Positions 1-9,889 of a stretch of 44,049 nucleotides of DNA are shown piece after piece (within the stretch, counting starts at the first letter, position 1; the number at the start of each line of letters is the position of its first letter). The position numbers and the translations under genes are program-made. The DNA is taken from sequence record SRR2962707_4385, one strand, 5' to 3'. Under the pieces are notes generated by a model that saw nothing but the letters and a program-made list of their open reading frames with translations, ran no database searches and had not been told where the DNA came from.

Positions 1-26
1 GATTCCGGCTCAAGGCCGGAATGACG
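1..26. repeat. REP-like palindromic repeat unit (CGTC-tagged type), probably the distal half of a doublet cut by the window edge
   Basis: The reverse complement reads CGTCA-TTCCGGC-CTTGA-GCCGGAA-TC, a GTCA foot plus a 7-bp GC-rich hairpin. It lies 16 bp past the stop of the ABC permease and has the same architecture as the units at 2614-2680. Confidence 0.65.
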
Positions 27-42
27 TTCTTATATGATTTGG

Positions 43-2598
43 TTACCCCTCCCTCCTCAACACCTCCATCGGGGACTCACGTACCACACTTCGGCTGTTG
101 AGTAAACCTATCAGGATACTCATGCCGGTTACAAGTACAAAGACAATCCCGATTTGAGAAGCATTTGGAATGAAGGTGAATTCAAACACGAACTGCCCCA
201 ACAACGTGGTAAAAAGGCCTGCTAAGAGTATTCCGCTAAGGGCTCCTAGAGCTCCAAGGAAAAAATACTCAGCGATGGTGATTGTCCAGAGTTGTTTTTT
301 AGAGGCTCCCAATGTTCGCAATAGAACGTTTTCCTGCACCCGCTGAAACTTGCTGAGAATAATCGAGCTTATCATCACGATAATACCCGTTCCAATGCTG
401 AAGAAGGCCATAAATTGGATCACAAAGGCAACCTTTCCCAGCACATCTTCTAACGTCTTTAAGATCAGTTCCAGATCAATGATCGAGACATTGGGAAAAC
501 GACTCACAACCTCTTGCTGATATCTGACCGATTTCATCATATCATCTACTCTGGTCACCAGCACATGAAACTGAGGCGCACGTTCCAGTGCACCAGTTGG
601 AAACAGCACCAGGAAGTTGGTCTGCACTCTACGCCAGTCGATCTCCCGGAAGCTACCTACGTACGTTTTCAGAATGGCACCCTGCACATTGAAGGTAAGC
701 TCATCCCCCAGCTCAATGTCAAGGTTGTCTTTAAATCCTTCTGAGATACTTATTAACACACTGTCGTTTCGAACCTCGCCGATCCATTCGCCCTCTACAA
801 TTTTTTCCGAATCAATTAATGAATCCCTGTAGGTGACCCGATACTCCCGACTGTACGCCCAGTCAGAGATCGAAACCGTAGTATCATTAAAGGCTTCATC
901 TTTGGTGTATCCTTTCACTTCCAGCAGTCGCATTGTTACAACAGGAACATCCTGAGTAATCGGTAAGTCATACGAACGAGTCAATTTCTTTATATCCTCA
1001 TGTTGTTCGGATTGGATGTCAAACAGCACGGTATTGGGTCGATCATTCGCCGCTGACAAAGAAACCCGCTGCACTAACAAATCCTGCATGAAATAAAGGG
1101 TAGCAAGAAATGCCGTTCCCAACCCAAGTGCAGTGATCAGGATGACGGTTTGGTTGTTTGGACGATAAAGATTTGAAAATCCCTGCCGCCAGACATATTT
1201 CATTGATTGCGGTACCAGCTTCCGTGTGAGCCAGCTCACCCCTTTTCCAATTCCACCGAGTAGTGCAATCGCCCCAATTAAAATTCCAGAAAAAGCCAGT
1301 GACTCGCCCATCTCCTGTATCTGCCAGAAAACAGAAAGAAAGATGAAAAGAATGATCCCGCCTACGATTGGGATCAATGCTTTATCGAGTTTGAACTTAC
1401 TCTCTCCAAAACCCGGTCGTATAGCTGAGAGCGGGCTGATCTTTCGCAGACCTATCAAAGACAAAAGCCCAAACAAAAGGGATATAACAATTCCGATCAC
1501 CACACCCACAAACAGTGCCGGCCAGTAGGGTTCCGGTACCAGATCGATGGGAAGAAAATCCTGAACCACCACAGGTAAATACAAATGAATAGCTAAACCC
1601 AGCAAACTACCTATGACCGATCCAATGAACCCAAATAAGGTGACCTGAATCAGATAGACCCTCACTGCCTGTTTGGCTTTCATACCTAAACATCTGAGTA
1701 CCGCCACTGCCTGCACTTTGCTTTTCGCATAGACATATATAGCACTGGCTACTCCCAGGCACCCCAGCAGCAATGCCGTAAAGGCCACCAATTCCAAGAA
1801 ATTGGCCAGGTTTTCAAAGTCTTCACCTGTCTCTCTTTTCTGTTCCTCTACCGTTTCTACGTCATATCCTTTTTGCTCTGCCAGTTTCGCCATCTTGCCC
1901 CACCTTCCTGTGGTATCTACCTTCTCTGAAAACTGGAAGTAATGCACATAGTTGATGCGGCTTCCCTTTTGTATCAGGCCAGTTTCCTCCAGGTACTGAT
2001 AAGGGATATAAACCACCGGTGACACGGAAGATGAAACATCTGTTTGTCCAGGAATTTGTGTGATTGCCCCGATAATTTCAAATGTAAGTGCCCCCACATT
2101 CAGACTGTCTCCCACCTGCGCATCATACTGGATCATCATTTTCTCATCCACCAATGCATACCTGCCCTGTCTGAATTGCTGGGATGCTTCCTGTGGTTTG
2201 GTTTCAATCGCTCCATAGTATGGATAATCTCCTTCCAATGCTCGCACCTGAACTAGTCGGGTACCTTTGGACTCGGTGAACATCACCATCGAAGCGAAAT
2301 AATTCTCCTTCGAATGCTTTACTGTAACGGATTTGAATTGCTGCAGCAGACTATCCGGTAAGTCCCTCCTGCCCCGCACCCTGACATCCGACCCAACCAA
2401 CCCTTTTGCCTGCTTATCGATCTCCTGCAAAAGGTTTTCCCTGAATGAGGTTATTCCCACCATTGCGGCAATCCCTAAGGAAATAGATGCGATGAACAAC
2501 AGGAGTTTTCCTCTGCTCTTTCTGCTATCCCTCCACGCCATTTTCCATGGCCAGGATTTGCTGTATTTAGCGGGTTCTATGGTTATTTTTCGATCCAT
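43..2598 (-). CDS. ybbP: ABC transporter permease, YbbP/FtsX-MacB-like with two permease repeats
   Basis: 851 aa with two copies of a TM / large periplasmic loop / TM-cluster unit. Motifs MAWRDSR, AVLRCLG, LLRTLGAS and C-terminal SPMEVLR. It lies downstream of a YbbA-like ATPase that is divergent from tesA, as in E. coli. Confidence 0.85.
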   Translation of the reverse strand: MDRKITIEPAKYSKSWPWKMAWRDSRKSRGKLLLFIASISLGIAAMVGITSFRENLLQEIDKQAKGLVGSDVRVRGRRDLPDSLLQQFKSVTVKHSKENYFASMVMFTESKGTRLVQVRALEGDYPYYGAIETKPQEASQQFRQGRYALVDEKMMIQYDAQVGDSLNVGALTFEIIGAITQIPGQTDVSSSVSPVVYIPYQYLEETGLIQKGSRINYVHYFQFSEKVDTTGRWGKMAKLAEQKGYDVETVEEQKRETGEDFENLANFLELVAFTALLLGCLGVASAIYVYAKSKVQAVAVLRCLGMKAKQAVRVYLIQVTLFGFIGSVIGSLLGLAIHLYLPVVVQDFLPIDLVPEPYWPALFVGVVIGIVISLLFGLLSLIGLRKISPLSAIRPGFGESKFKLDKALIPIVGGIILFIFLSVFWQIQEMGESLAFSGILIGAIALLGGIGKGVSWLTRKLVPQSMKYVWRQGFSNLYRPNNQTVILITALGLGTAFLATLYFMQDLLVQRVSLSAANDRPNTVLFDIQSEQHEDIKKLTRSYDLPITQDVPVVTMRLLEVKGYTKDEAFNDTTVSISDWAYSREYRVTYRDSLIDSEKIVEGEWIGEVRNDSVLISISEGFKDNLDIELGDELTFNVQGAILKTYVGSFREIDWRRVQTNFLVLFPTGALERAPQFHVLVTRVDDMMKSVRYQQEVVSRFPNVSIIDLELILKTLEDVLGKVAFVIQFMAFFSIGTGIIVMISSIILSKFQRVQENVLLRTLGASKKQLWTITIAEYFFLGALGALSGILLAGLFTTLLGQFVFEFTFIPNASQIGIVFVLVTGMSILIGLLNSRSVVRESPMEVLRREG

Positions 2599-2613
2599 TG
2601 ATTTCTAGTTTGA

Positions 2614-2680
2614 GTCATGCTGAACTCGTTTCAGCATCTATATCATTATATTGAAGACTCTGAAACAAGTTCAGAGTGAC
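2614..2680. repeat. REP doublet (REPIN-like): two inverted 26-bp GTCA-footed palindromes with a 15-bp spacer
   Basis: 2614-2639 is GTCATGCTGAACTCGTTTCAGCATCT. The reverse complement of 2655-2680 is GTCACTCTGAACTTGTTTCAGAGTCT. Each unit forms a hairpin, and the doublet fills the gap between the ATPase and permease genes. Confidence 0.8.
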
Positions 2681-2688
2681 CCTATTAT

Positions 2689-3408
2689 TCACGAAACAGC
2701 TTTATTCAGTATGATATTCTTGCCCTTCCTTTGATCAATGATTCGTCCACCCTTGAGTTGAATGATCTTTTCTGTTTTTTCCGCAAGTTCCAGATCATGC
2801 GTTACCAGAATCAGAGTGGTGCCTTTTTCCCGATTGATCTCGAATAGCAAGTCCTCCACAGACTGACCGGTTTCTTCGTCAAGGTTTCCGGTAGGCTCAT
2901 CGGCGAAAAGAATTTTAGGTTCATTTGAGAAAGCCCGTGCTATCGCCACACGTTGCTGCTCCCCTCCAGATAGCTGCGATGGGTAATGATGCATACGCTC
3001 CGCCAGCCCTACTCGTTCCAGTAATTCGGAAGATCGCTTCCTAGCGTCTTTGACACCTCGAAGCTCCAGTGGAATCATGACGTTTTCCAGTGCAGTGAGT
3101 GTTTGGATCAATTGGAAGTTTTGAAATACAAACCCTACATATTGATTGCGCACTTGCGCCATTTCATCTTCACTCAATCGATCCAGAATAATATGGTTGA
3201 GCGTGATTGAGCCTTCTGTTGGACGATCCAGACCTGCACACAATCCCAGCAGAGTAGTCTTCCCGCTACCCGAAGGTCCTACCACAGCAACAGACGCACC
3301 TTCATCCACTGAGAAACTAATATCTTCTAATACATGTACTTCTCTTGATCCGGACTTAAATGTTTTTGAGAGGGACGAAACCTCTAAAATGGATGATTCG
3401 TTGGGCAT
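2689..3408 (-). CDS. ybbA: ABC transporter ATP-binding protein, YbbA/LolD-like
   Basis: Walker [10 protein letters not shown]-loop FVFQ, signature LSGGEQQR, Walker B/D-loop [13 protein letters not shown]-loop VTHD. Confidence 0.9.
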   Translation of the reverse strand: MPNESSILEVSSLSKTFKSGSREVHVLEDISFSVDEGASVAVVGPSGSGKTTLLGLCAGLDRPTEGSITLNHIILDRLSEDEMAQVRNQYVGFVFQNFQLIQTLTALENVMIPLELRGVKDARKRSSELLERVGLAERMHHYPSQLSGGEQQRVAIARAFSNEPKILFADEPTGNLDEETGQSVEDLLFEINREKGTTLILVTHDLELAEKTEKIIQLKGGRIIDQRKGKNIILNKAVS

Positions 3409-3507
3409 GGAGAAAATTTAAAAGGTAAACGAAAAGTGGATTTGCATGTTAATTTAGCCTGATGTCTTCGATAGAAGATCATTTCACTCACGATAATACA
3501 ACTAACA

Positions 3508-4188
3508 ATGTTTCTTAGAGTTCAAATTATATTCCTGACGTTGCTATTTATTGGTTGCGGTCAATCCAAAGAATCGAAGCAAAAATCCGGTGAGGATCGC
3601 AAAGAGGAGTCAGCTGAATCTGTCGAAAGCAAGGAAGATGAAAAAGTCATTCTCTTTTATGGAAACAGCATCACGGCTGGATACCAACTGGATATGGACC
3701 AGGCTTTTCCTGCACTCATTCAAAAAAGAATAGACTCTTTGGGACTTAACTACCAAACCATCAATGCTGGTTTGAGTGGTGAAACATCTGCCGGAGGTAA
3801 AAGTCGAATTGATTGGGTGTTACGAACGGTTCCGGATATTTTCTTTCTTGAGCTAGGTGCGAATGATGGTTTGCGAGGACTGCCACTAGAAGAAACTTAT
3901 AAAAACCTACAGGATATTATTGATGCGGTTGTAAAGGAAAACCCGGATGTGAAAATCATCATAGCAGGAATGATGGTGCCCCCTAACCTTGGAGAAGATT
4001 ACACCTCAGAATTTAAAAACCTCTTTCCCACACTATCTAAAGAAAATGATGCAATCTATATTCCATTCCTTCTGGAAGGTGTCGCAGGTAATCCTAAATT
4101 GAATCTTGGAGATGGTATCCATCCAACTCCGGAAGGCCATAAAATTGTAGCAGAAACGGTATGGAAGTATCTACAACCTTTGTTATAG
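3508..4188 (+). CDS. tesA: Arylesterase / acyl-CoA thioesterase I (SGNH hydrolase), lipoprotein
   Basis: Lipobox LFIG-C. SGNH blocks FYGNSITAG, NAGLSGETS, LELGANDG and DGIHP. Divergent from ybbA. Confidence 0.85.
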   Translation: MFLRVQIIFLTLLFIGCGQSKESKQKSGEDRKEESAESVESKEDEKVILFYGNSITAGYQLDMDQAFPALIQKRIDSLGLNYQTINAGLSGETSAGGKSRIDWVLRTVPDIFFLELGANDGLRGLPLEETYKNLQDIIDAVVKENPDVKIIIAGMMVPPNLGEDYTSEFKNLFPTLSKENDAIYIPFLLEGVAGNPKLNLGDGIHPTPEGHKIVAETVWKYLQPLL

Positions 4189-4195
4189 ATGGCAC

Positions 4196-5989
4196 CTATT
4201 TATTAATACCTTCCTCACTCAATATCTGGCTTACTTTTCGAATAACCTGATCTAATTCTTCCGCAGAATCCAGTAAGCTATTATTTAATTCCTTTCGTTG
4301 TGTGTCCGGAATACCCCTATTGGACTTGAGCTGGTCCGTGATACCTAAAATACGGGCAAGAGGTGCTCGCACATGGTGTGCGTTTGAAAACGCATACTCT
4401 CTTAGCTTTTCATTCTGAGCCTGAATATGCGCCGTTCTCATTCTTACTTTTTCTTCCAGTGATTCATTCATCTGCTTGATTTCCTCATTCACATTGATCA
4501 ACTCTTCAGCCTGCTCTGCCAGCACTTTCGATTGCCTGGTAATCTCTTGGTTCTTTCTTTCCAAAAGTTCAATATGCCTTTTTCTGGACTTGTAGAAGCG
4601 ATACCCTATATATAGAACACTCAGTGATAAAATAAACACAAAGGAGCCTCCAAAAATGATCAGATTCTGTCGCTGAATCTGGAGTTTATTTCTCTCAATT
4701 GTAGCTTCGTTCAGTCTGTTTTGGTTAGCTAGCATTTTGTTTTCATTAGAGATTTTCTCCAGCTGATAACGGCTTTCAAAAATGGCAATCTCTCTACTCT
4801 GCTTTTCTGAGTTCAGACTATCATAATAGGCTTTATGCATTAGTGAATATTCAAAGGCCAGTGAATGATTCTTTTTTGAGGAATAGGTTTCATAAAGCAA
4901 TTTACTCGCATCGCTCATTCCTTTTCTGTATTCTAAAATTCGACTGACCTCCAACGCCTCTTTAGCATGTTCAATCGCTTCGTCAAATCGATTAAAGTGA
5001 GCGTAATATTTCGCGACAGACAGGAGATTTTCAATCACCCCTACATGATACCCAATCTTACTAAAAATTTCATAGGCCTCTCGGTAGGACGCTAAAGCTT
5101 CATCATACTTCCCTTCATTAAAATGCACATTGCCAATATCATTTTTAAGGTTGGCTTCTAAGATTTTATTTCCAACCGAATTCGAAATGTCAAGCGATTT
5201 GGTAAAATATTCCAAAGCCTTTTGTTCATCACCCATCAAGAGATGAATGGTTCCTATATTTCTTAAGGAAGTTCCCACACCAAGCATCTCGTTGTACTTT
5301 GCGTGTAAGTCGTGTGCCCGGGTATGATATTCCATTGCCAGCTCATACTCCCCACTTTCTTTGTAGATATCACCAATATTTGAGAATGTACTGGAAAAGG
5401 CATCCTCTTTACCGATCTCCTCTTTAATTTCAATGGATTTAAAATAACATTCCAATGCTTTGGAATAGTCACCTAAATCCTGATAAACCATGCCCATATT
5501 ATTATAGGTCCCTCCTTTTCCCTCCATGTCTCCAATCTGATCTTTTACATCAAGAGATCGCTCATATGAATGAAGCGCCTCAGTAAAGTCCCCTTTTATC
5601 CGCATGACAATACCGATATTATTTAAGGCTCGGTTTACCCCTCTCAGATCTCCAATTCGTTCGGAGACTTTCAGGAATTTCTCGTAATACTCTAGTGCAG
5701 CACCCAGATTAGATTTCGCATATTCAAGTGTTCCCAGGTTGTTGTAGGCATTAGCGACTCCTTTTTCAAATCCTACTTTGAGTGCCATTTCTCTACCCAG
5801 ATCAGTATACTTCATCAAAGAGTCTGATGAAATCTGGTAATGCAAAAAACCAATACGCAATAATATTAATGCCTTGGTGGTGTCATGCTTGGCTGTTTTG
5901 AGCTCAAGACGCAAGCTGTCTATTTCCTTTGTCTGTCCGAAGGCGGATAGGCAGAAGCATACAGCGGCAATATGTATTAATCGCTTCAT
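4196..5989 (-). CDS. TPR-repeat membrane sensor with a C-terminal HisKA (DHp)-like segment and no HATPase domain
   Basis: Signal peptide, about 8 TPR-like repeats (e.g. YNNLG..Y...GDYSKALECYFKSIEI), one TM segment (LIIFGGSFVFILSLSVLYIGY), a coiled coil and the H-box-like NAHHVRAPLARILG. The protein ends about 60 aa later. Confidence 0.85.
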   Translation of the reverse strand: MKRLIHIAAVCFCLSAFGQTKEIDSLRLELKTAKHDTTKALILLRIGFLHYQISSDSLMKYTDLGREMALKVGFEKGVANAYNNLGTLEYAKSNLGAALEYYEKFLKVSERIGDLRGVNRALNNIGIVMRIKGDFTEALHSYERSLDVKDQIGDMEGKGGTYNNMGMVYQDLGDYSKALECYFKSIEIKEEIGKEDAFSSTFSNIGDIYKESGEYELAMEYHTRAHDLHAKYNEMLGVGTSLRNIGTIHLLMGDEQKALEYFTKSLDISNSVGNKILEANLKNDIGNVHFNEGKYDEALASYREAYEIFSKIGYHVGVIENLLSVAKYYAHFNRFDEAIEHAKEALEVSRILEYRKGMSDASKLLYETYSSKKNHSLAFEYSLMHKAYYDSLNSEKQSREIAIFESRYQLEKISNENKMLANQNRLNEATIERNKLQIQRQNLIIFGGSFVFILSLSVLYIGYRFYKSRKRHIELLERKNQEITRQSKVLAEQAEELINVNEEIKQMNESLEEKVRMRTAHIQAQNEKLREYAFSNAHHVRAPLARILGITDQLKSNRGIPDTQRKELNNSLLDSAEELDQVIRKVSQILSEEGINK

Positions 5990-6071
5990 CGAGTAAATCA
6001 GGCAGATGGTGTCATTAATTTACTAAATCCCTAATAATCATTTATATAACTGCTAAAATGTTTATTAACCT

Positions 6072-6079
6072 TAAATTTG
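6072..6079 (+). promoter_or_regulatory. Bacteroidota primary-sigma -7 element upstream of mtaB
   Basis: TAAATTTG matches TAnnTTTG and ends 9 bp before the ATG at 6089. Confidence 0.6.
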
Positions 6080-6088
6080 CGATCCGTT

Positions 6089-7399
6089 ATGAAAAAGGTC
6101 GCATTTTATACGCTAGGCTGTAAGCTAAACTACTCCGAGACGTCTTCTATTTCTAGGATGTTTGAAGATCGGGGATACGAAAAAGTAGACTTCACTGACC
6201 AGCCGGATATCTTCATCATCAATACATGCTCGGTGACTGAAAATGCGGATAAGAAGTGTAAAAAAATTGTAAAAGAGGCTAAGAAAATATCTCCGAACAG
6301 CTTTGTTACGATCATGGGATGCTATGCCCAGTTAAAACCAAAAGAGATTTCTGAAATAAACGGTGTTGATGCAGTCCTGGGTGCTGCTGAAAAATTTCGC
6401 TTATTTGATTATCTGGATGATTTCACAAAAGGAGGTGTTTATGCATCTGAAATTAAAGATGCAAAAACCTACAATGCTTCCTACTCCATTGCAGACCGCA
6501 CACGGACGTTCCTAAAAGTTCAGGACGGTTGCAATTATGGATGTGCGTTTTGTACCATTCCTCTTGCTCGTGGTAAAAGTCGTAGCGATAGTATAGAAAA
6601 CATCGTTGCTCAGGCCAAAGAAATAGCTGATACAGATGTAAAAGAAGTGGTGCTCACAGGGGTGAACATTGGGGATTTTGGTATTCAGGATGGAAGACGA
6701 AAAGAGAAATTCATAGACTTGATTAAAGCCCTTGATGAAATTGAAGGCATTGATCGATTCAGAATTTCATCCATTGAACCAAACCTTCTTTCTAATGAGG
6801 TAATTGAATTTGTCTCTCAAAGCAAGCGATTTGTGCCTCATTTCCACATTCCATTGCAATCTGGTAGCGATACGATTTTGAAGAGAATGAACCGTCGTTA
6901 CCTGAGTGACCTCTATCAAAGCAGAGTAGAGAAAATAAAAACATTGATGCCCGATTGCTGCATCGGTGTGGATGTGATTGTTGGGTTTCCCGGTGAAACG
7001 GAGGATGAGTTTCTTAAAACCTACAACTTTCTGAATGAGCTGGACATTTCATATCTGCATGTTTTCACCTATTCTGAGCGTCAGAATACCAAAGCTGTTG
7101 ACATGGAAGGTGTGGTAGATCAGGGTGAACGAAATGAGCGATCAAAAATGCTTCGGGGACTTTCTGAAAAGAAAAGACGCTATTTCTACGAACAACAACT
7201 TGGCAATACGCTTGAGGTTCTTTTTGAAGAAGATGTGCAGGAGGGTACTATGCATGGGTTCACAGAAAATTATGTTCGAGTCGCAGCTAAGTATGATCCT
7301 ATACTTATCAATGAAATCAAAAGTGTGACTTTAAGGTCCATCAATGTTGATGGGCATGTGGAAGTAGAAGAACCGGAAGAAGCACTGGTTCACCATTAA
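6089..7399 (+). CDS. mtaB: tRNA t6A37 methylthiotransferase (radical SAM)
   Basis: UPF0004 N-terminus TLGCKLN..E..NTCSVT..GCYAQ, radical SAM motif KVQDGCNYGCAFC, ISSIEP, HFHIPLQSG and DVIVGFPGET. ATG 6089 is preferred because the TTG at 6077 lies inside the promoter box. Confidence 0.92.
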   Translation: MKKVAFYTLGCKLNYSETSSISRMFEDRGYEKVDFTDQPDIFIINTCSVTENADKKCKKIVKEAKKISPNSFVTIMGCYAQLKPKEISEINGVDAVLGAAEKFRLFDYLDDFTKGGVYASEIKDAKTYNASYSIADRTRTFLKVQDGCNYGCAFCTIPLARGKSRSDSIENIVAQAKEIADTDVKEVVLTGVNIGDFGIQDGRRKEKFIDLIKALDEIEGIDRFRISSIEPNLLSNEVIEFVSQSKRFVPHFHIPLQSGSDTILKRMNRRYLSDLYQSRVEKIKTLMPDCCIGVDVIVGFPGETEDEFLKTYNFLNELDISYLHVFTYSERQNTKAVDMEGVVDQGERNERSKMLRGLSEKKRRYFYEQQLGNTLEVLFEEDVQEGTMHGFTENYVRVAAKYDPILINEIKSVTLRSINVDGHVEVEEPEEALVHH

Positions 7400-7432
7400 T
7401 CAAATCTGCTTTCTTTCCCTGTGTTTGCTCAT

Positions 7433-7440
7433 TATTTTTG
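7433..7440 (+). promoter_or_regulatory. Bacteroidota -7 element upstream of the FAH-family gene
   Basis: TATTTTTG matches TAnnTTTG and ends 4 bp before the ATG at 7445. Confidence 0.5.
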
Positions 7441-7444
7441 ATGT

Positions 7445-8053
7445 ATGAAGATTATCTGCATCGGAAGAAATTATGCCGAACACATCGAAGAGCTTGGGAA
7501 TGAGCGACCGGAACATCCGATCATTTTCATGAAGCCGGACACGGCACTGATTAAGAATAATGACCCATTTTATTATCCGGACTTTTCAAAAGATATTCAC
7601 CACGAAGTTGAGATTTTGGTTAAGATCAAGAAAGAGGGAAAGTCAGTGGGGAAAGAGTTTGCACATCAATATTATGATGAAATAGGTTTAGGTATTGATT
7701 TCACCGCGAGGGACTGGCAAACCAAGGTAAAAGAAAAAGGACATCCCTGGGAGATTGCCAAAGCCTTTAATGGCTCAGCACCCATCTCGAAATTCATCCC
7801 TAAAGGAGACAGAGATATGACCGATGTAAACTTCCGATTAGAAAAAAATGGAGAAGAGGTGCAAAATGGAAATACGAGTCTCATGCTCTGGCCGATTGAT
7901 GAAATCATTTCGTATGTCTCTCAGTTCATTCTACTCAAAACCGGAGACATTATCTTCACAGGTACACCAAAAGGCGTAGGACCTATTCAAATTGGTGACC
8001 GATTGGTAGGGTTTTTGGAAGACAAACAGATGTTTGATTTTGAGGTTAAGTAG
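7445..8053 (+). CDS. Fumarylacetoacetate hydrolase family protein (FAHD1/YcgM-like)
   Basis: KIICIGRNYAEH, FMKP, HHEVE, IDFTARD, WEIAKAF and GDIIFTGTPKGVG. Confidence 0.92.
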   Translation: MKIICIGRNYAEHIEELGNERPEHPIIFMKPDTALIKNNDPFYYPDFSKDIHHEVEILVKIKKEGKSVGKEFAHQYYDEIGLGIDFTARDWQTKVKEKGHPWEIAKAFNGSAPISKFIPKGDRDMTDVNFRLEKNGEEVQNGNTSLMLWPIDEIISYVSQFILLKTGDIIFTGTPKGVGPIQIGDRLVGFLEDKQMFDFEVK

Positions 8054-8056
8054 TTG

Positions 8057-9889
8057 ATGAAACTTAGTGCCACATCCATTTTATTTTTTACACTGCTACA
8101 GATATTTGGGCAGGATTTTAAAGCGATCGACTATCAATTTCCTATCAATCCCGGTCAGCAGAATTACCTGGCAGGAACAGTAGGTGAAATTCGAAGCTCA
8201 CATTTTCATACCGGTATTGATGTAAAGACCGGTGGACGAACCGGTCTCCCCATATACGCGGTAGCTGACGGGTATATTTCCAGAATCAAAGTTTCGGCTT
8301 CCGGCTATGGATACGCGCTGTATATGAAGCATCCCAACGGTACGTTTTCAGTATATGCACACCTGGAGGCCTTTGATCCGAAGATTGCTGTCTGGGCGTT
8401 AAAAGAGCAATACAGAAAGGAATCCTTTGAGGTGGATCTATTCCCAGAAGCCGGTCAGTTTCCTTTCAAAAGAGGAGATATCATTGGCTATTCTGGTAAT
8501 ACGGGCTCATCCAGCGGTCCTCACCTCCACTTTGAAATCAGGGATTCCAATCACCAACCGATTGATGTGCTTAGTCTTGGTTTTGATGAGATCAGAGATA
8601 ACATCCCTCCGGTTGTACAAGAGGTTGCTTTTGTCACCCTCGAGGAAGACGCACGTGTGAATGGTTTTTTTGGGAGATATGAATTTGACCTAATTAAAAC
8701 CAAGAATGGCTATGAGACAAGAGAGCCCGTCAGCTTGCAAGGAAAAATAGGTGTTGAAATCTATTCGTACGATCCAATGGACGGCATTCCCAATCGAAAT
8801 GGAATCGTGAAAACCACCTTTCAACTTGACGGTGATACCCTATTCTCAGAGTATAAAGAGGCATTCAATTTCAGCAAGCAACGGAATGTTTTAGTACACT
8901 ATAACTACCCTGCATACAAAAATGGAAGCAGACGCTTCAACAAACTTTACCTGGCAGATGGAAACGAGCACAATATTTACAATGTGGTGAATCGGGGTGT
9001 TCATTTTAAAGATCAAACCGAAATTTTAATTGAAACTGCAGATAGCTATAACAACGTATCCGCAACCAGAATAACTCTTAGCAAAGAGTATGAGGCGAAT
9101 GCTCCCAAAATTCATGCACCAGAACAAATAGGAAATTACCTCCATTTCAAGTCCAACCAGCAAGCATCGGTAATGCTGGAAGATTGGGTGCCATTAAAAC
9201 CCTATACCCAAAATGGCGAGGATCAATATTATATCTGGGATTTAAGAAAGGGGACTCCCAAAAATCTTTTTATTGACGGTGAGACAACTAAAACCGGTTT
9301 AGTGGGGCTGCTGCCATCGCATCAGAAAATAAGCTATTTACAAAAAGAATTTACTTTGAACTTGAGCAGACGCTCACTCTTTGATACCCTTTACCTGGCT
9401 TTCGAAAAAGAATATGATTCTACCCGAAATCTTGAGCTATTTCATTTCCAAAACCCTACACATCCCTTTCGATCCAGTGTGGAAATCGCGCTGAACCCGG
9501 AAAAAAATTACAACCAGGAAAAGGCAATGGTCTATTCCGTTTTCGGGAATCGATTCAATTTTATGGGTGGCGAGTGGGAAAATGGACACATCAGCTTCTC
9601 AACAAGGGATTTGGTTACATATACGATTTTGGAGGATAGTATTCCTCCATCCATTGAATTAAAGATGGCTAACGCTGATTACCTGAAATTTAGAATTGAT
9701 GATGAACTCTCTGGCATTAAGAGCTTCGAGGCAACTATCAACGGCGAGTTTGTGTTGATGCACTACGAACCGAAAAGAAAACTTATTTGGTCACAAAAAT
9801 TGAATGAAAACATTCCTTTTAAAGGAAGGTTTGTACTAGAAGTAATAGATAATTCAAACAACGGAACCATTTATACTAAAACACTATGA
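8057..9889 (+). CDS. M23 family metallopeptidase, exported, with a long C-terminal extension
   Basis: Signal peptide, zinc motifs HTGID (HxxxD) and GPHLHFE, plus YAHL and GYSGNTG. The stop overlaps the bcp start (ATGA). Alternative TTG start at 8054. Confidence 0.88.
   Translation: MKLSATSILFFTLLQIFGQDFKAIDYQFPINPGQQNYLAGTVGEIRSSHFHTGIDVKTGGRTGLPIYAVADGYISRIKVSASGYGYALYMKHPNGTFSVYAHLEAFDPKIAVWALKEQYRKESFEVDLFPEAGQFPFKRGDIIGYSGNTGSSSGPHLHFEIRDSNHQPIDVLSLGFDEIRDNIPPVVQEVAFVTLEEDARVNGFFGRYEFDLIKTKNGYETREPVSLQGKIGVEIYSYDPMDGIPNRNGIVKTTFQLDGDTLFSEYKEAFNFSKQRNVLVHYNYPAYKNGSRRFNKLYLADGNEHNIYNVVNRGVHFKDQTEILIETADSYNNVSATRITLSKEYEANAPKIHAPEQIGNYLHFKSNQQASVMLEDWVPLKPYTQNGEDQYYIWDLRKGTPKNLFIDGETTKTGLVGLLPSHQKISYLQKEFTLNLSRRSLFDTLYLAFEKEYDSTRNLELFHFQNPTHPFRSSVEIALNPEKNYNQEKAMVYSVFGNRFNFMGGEWENGHISFSTRDLVTYTILEDSIPPSIELKMANADYLKFRIDDELSGIKSFEATINGEFVLMHYEPKRKLIWSQKLNENIPFKGRFVLEVIDNSNNGTIYTKTL

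Noticed and set aside
3655-3680. TesA block I reads GNSI rather than GDSL
   Set aside because: The catalytic Ser, Gly, Asn and DxxH are intact, and GNS variants are common in Bacteroidota arylesterases.
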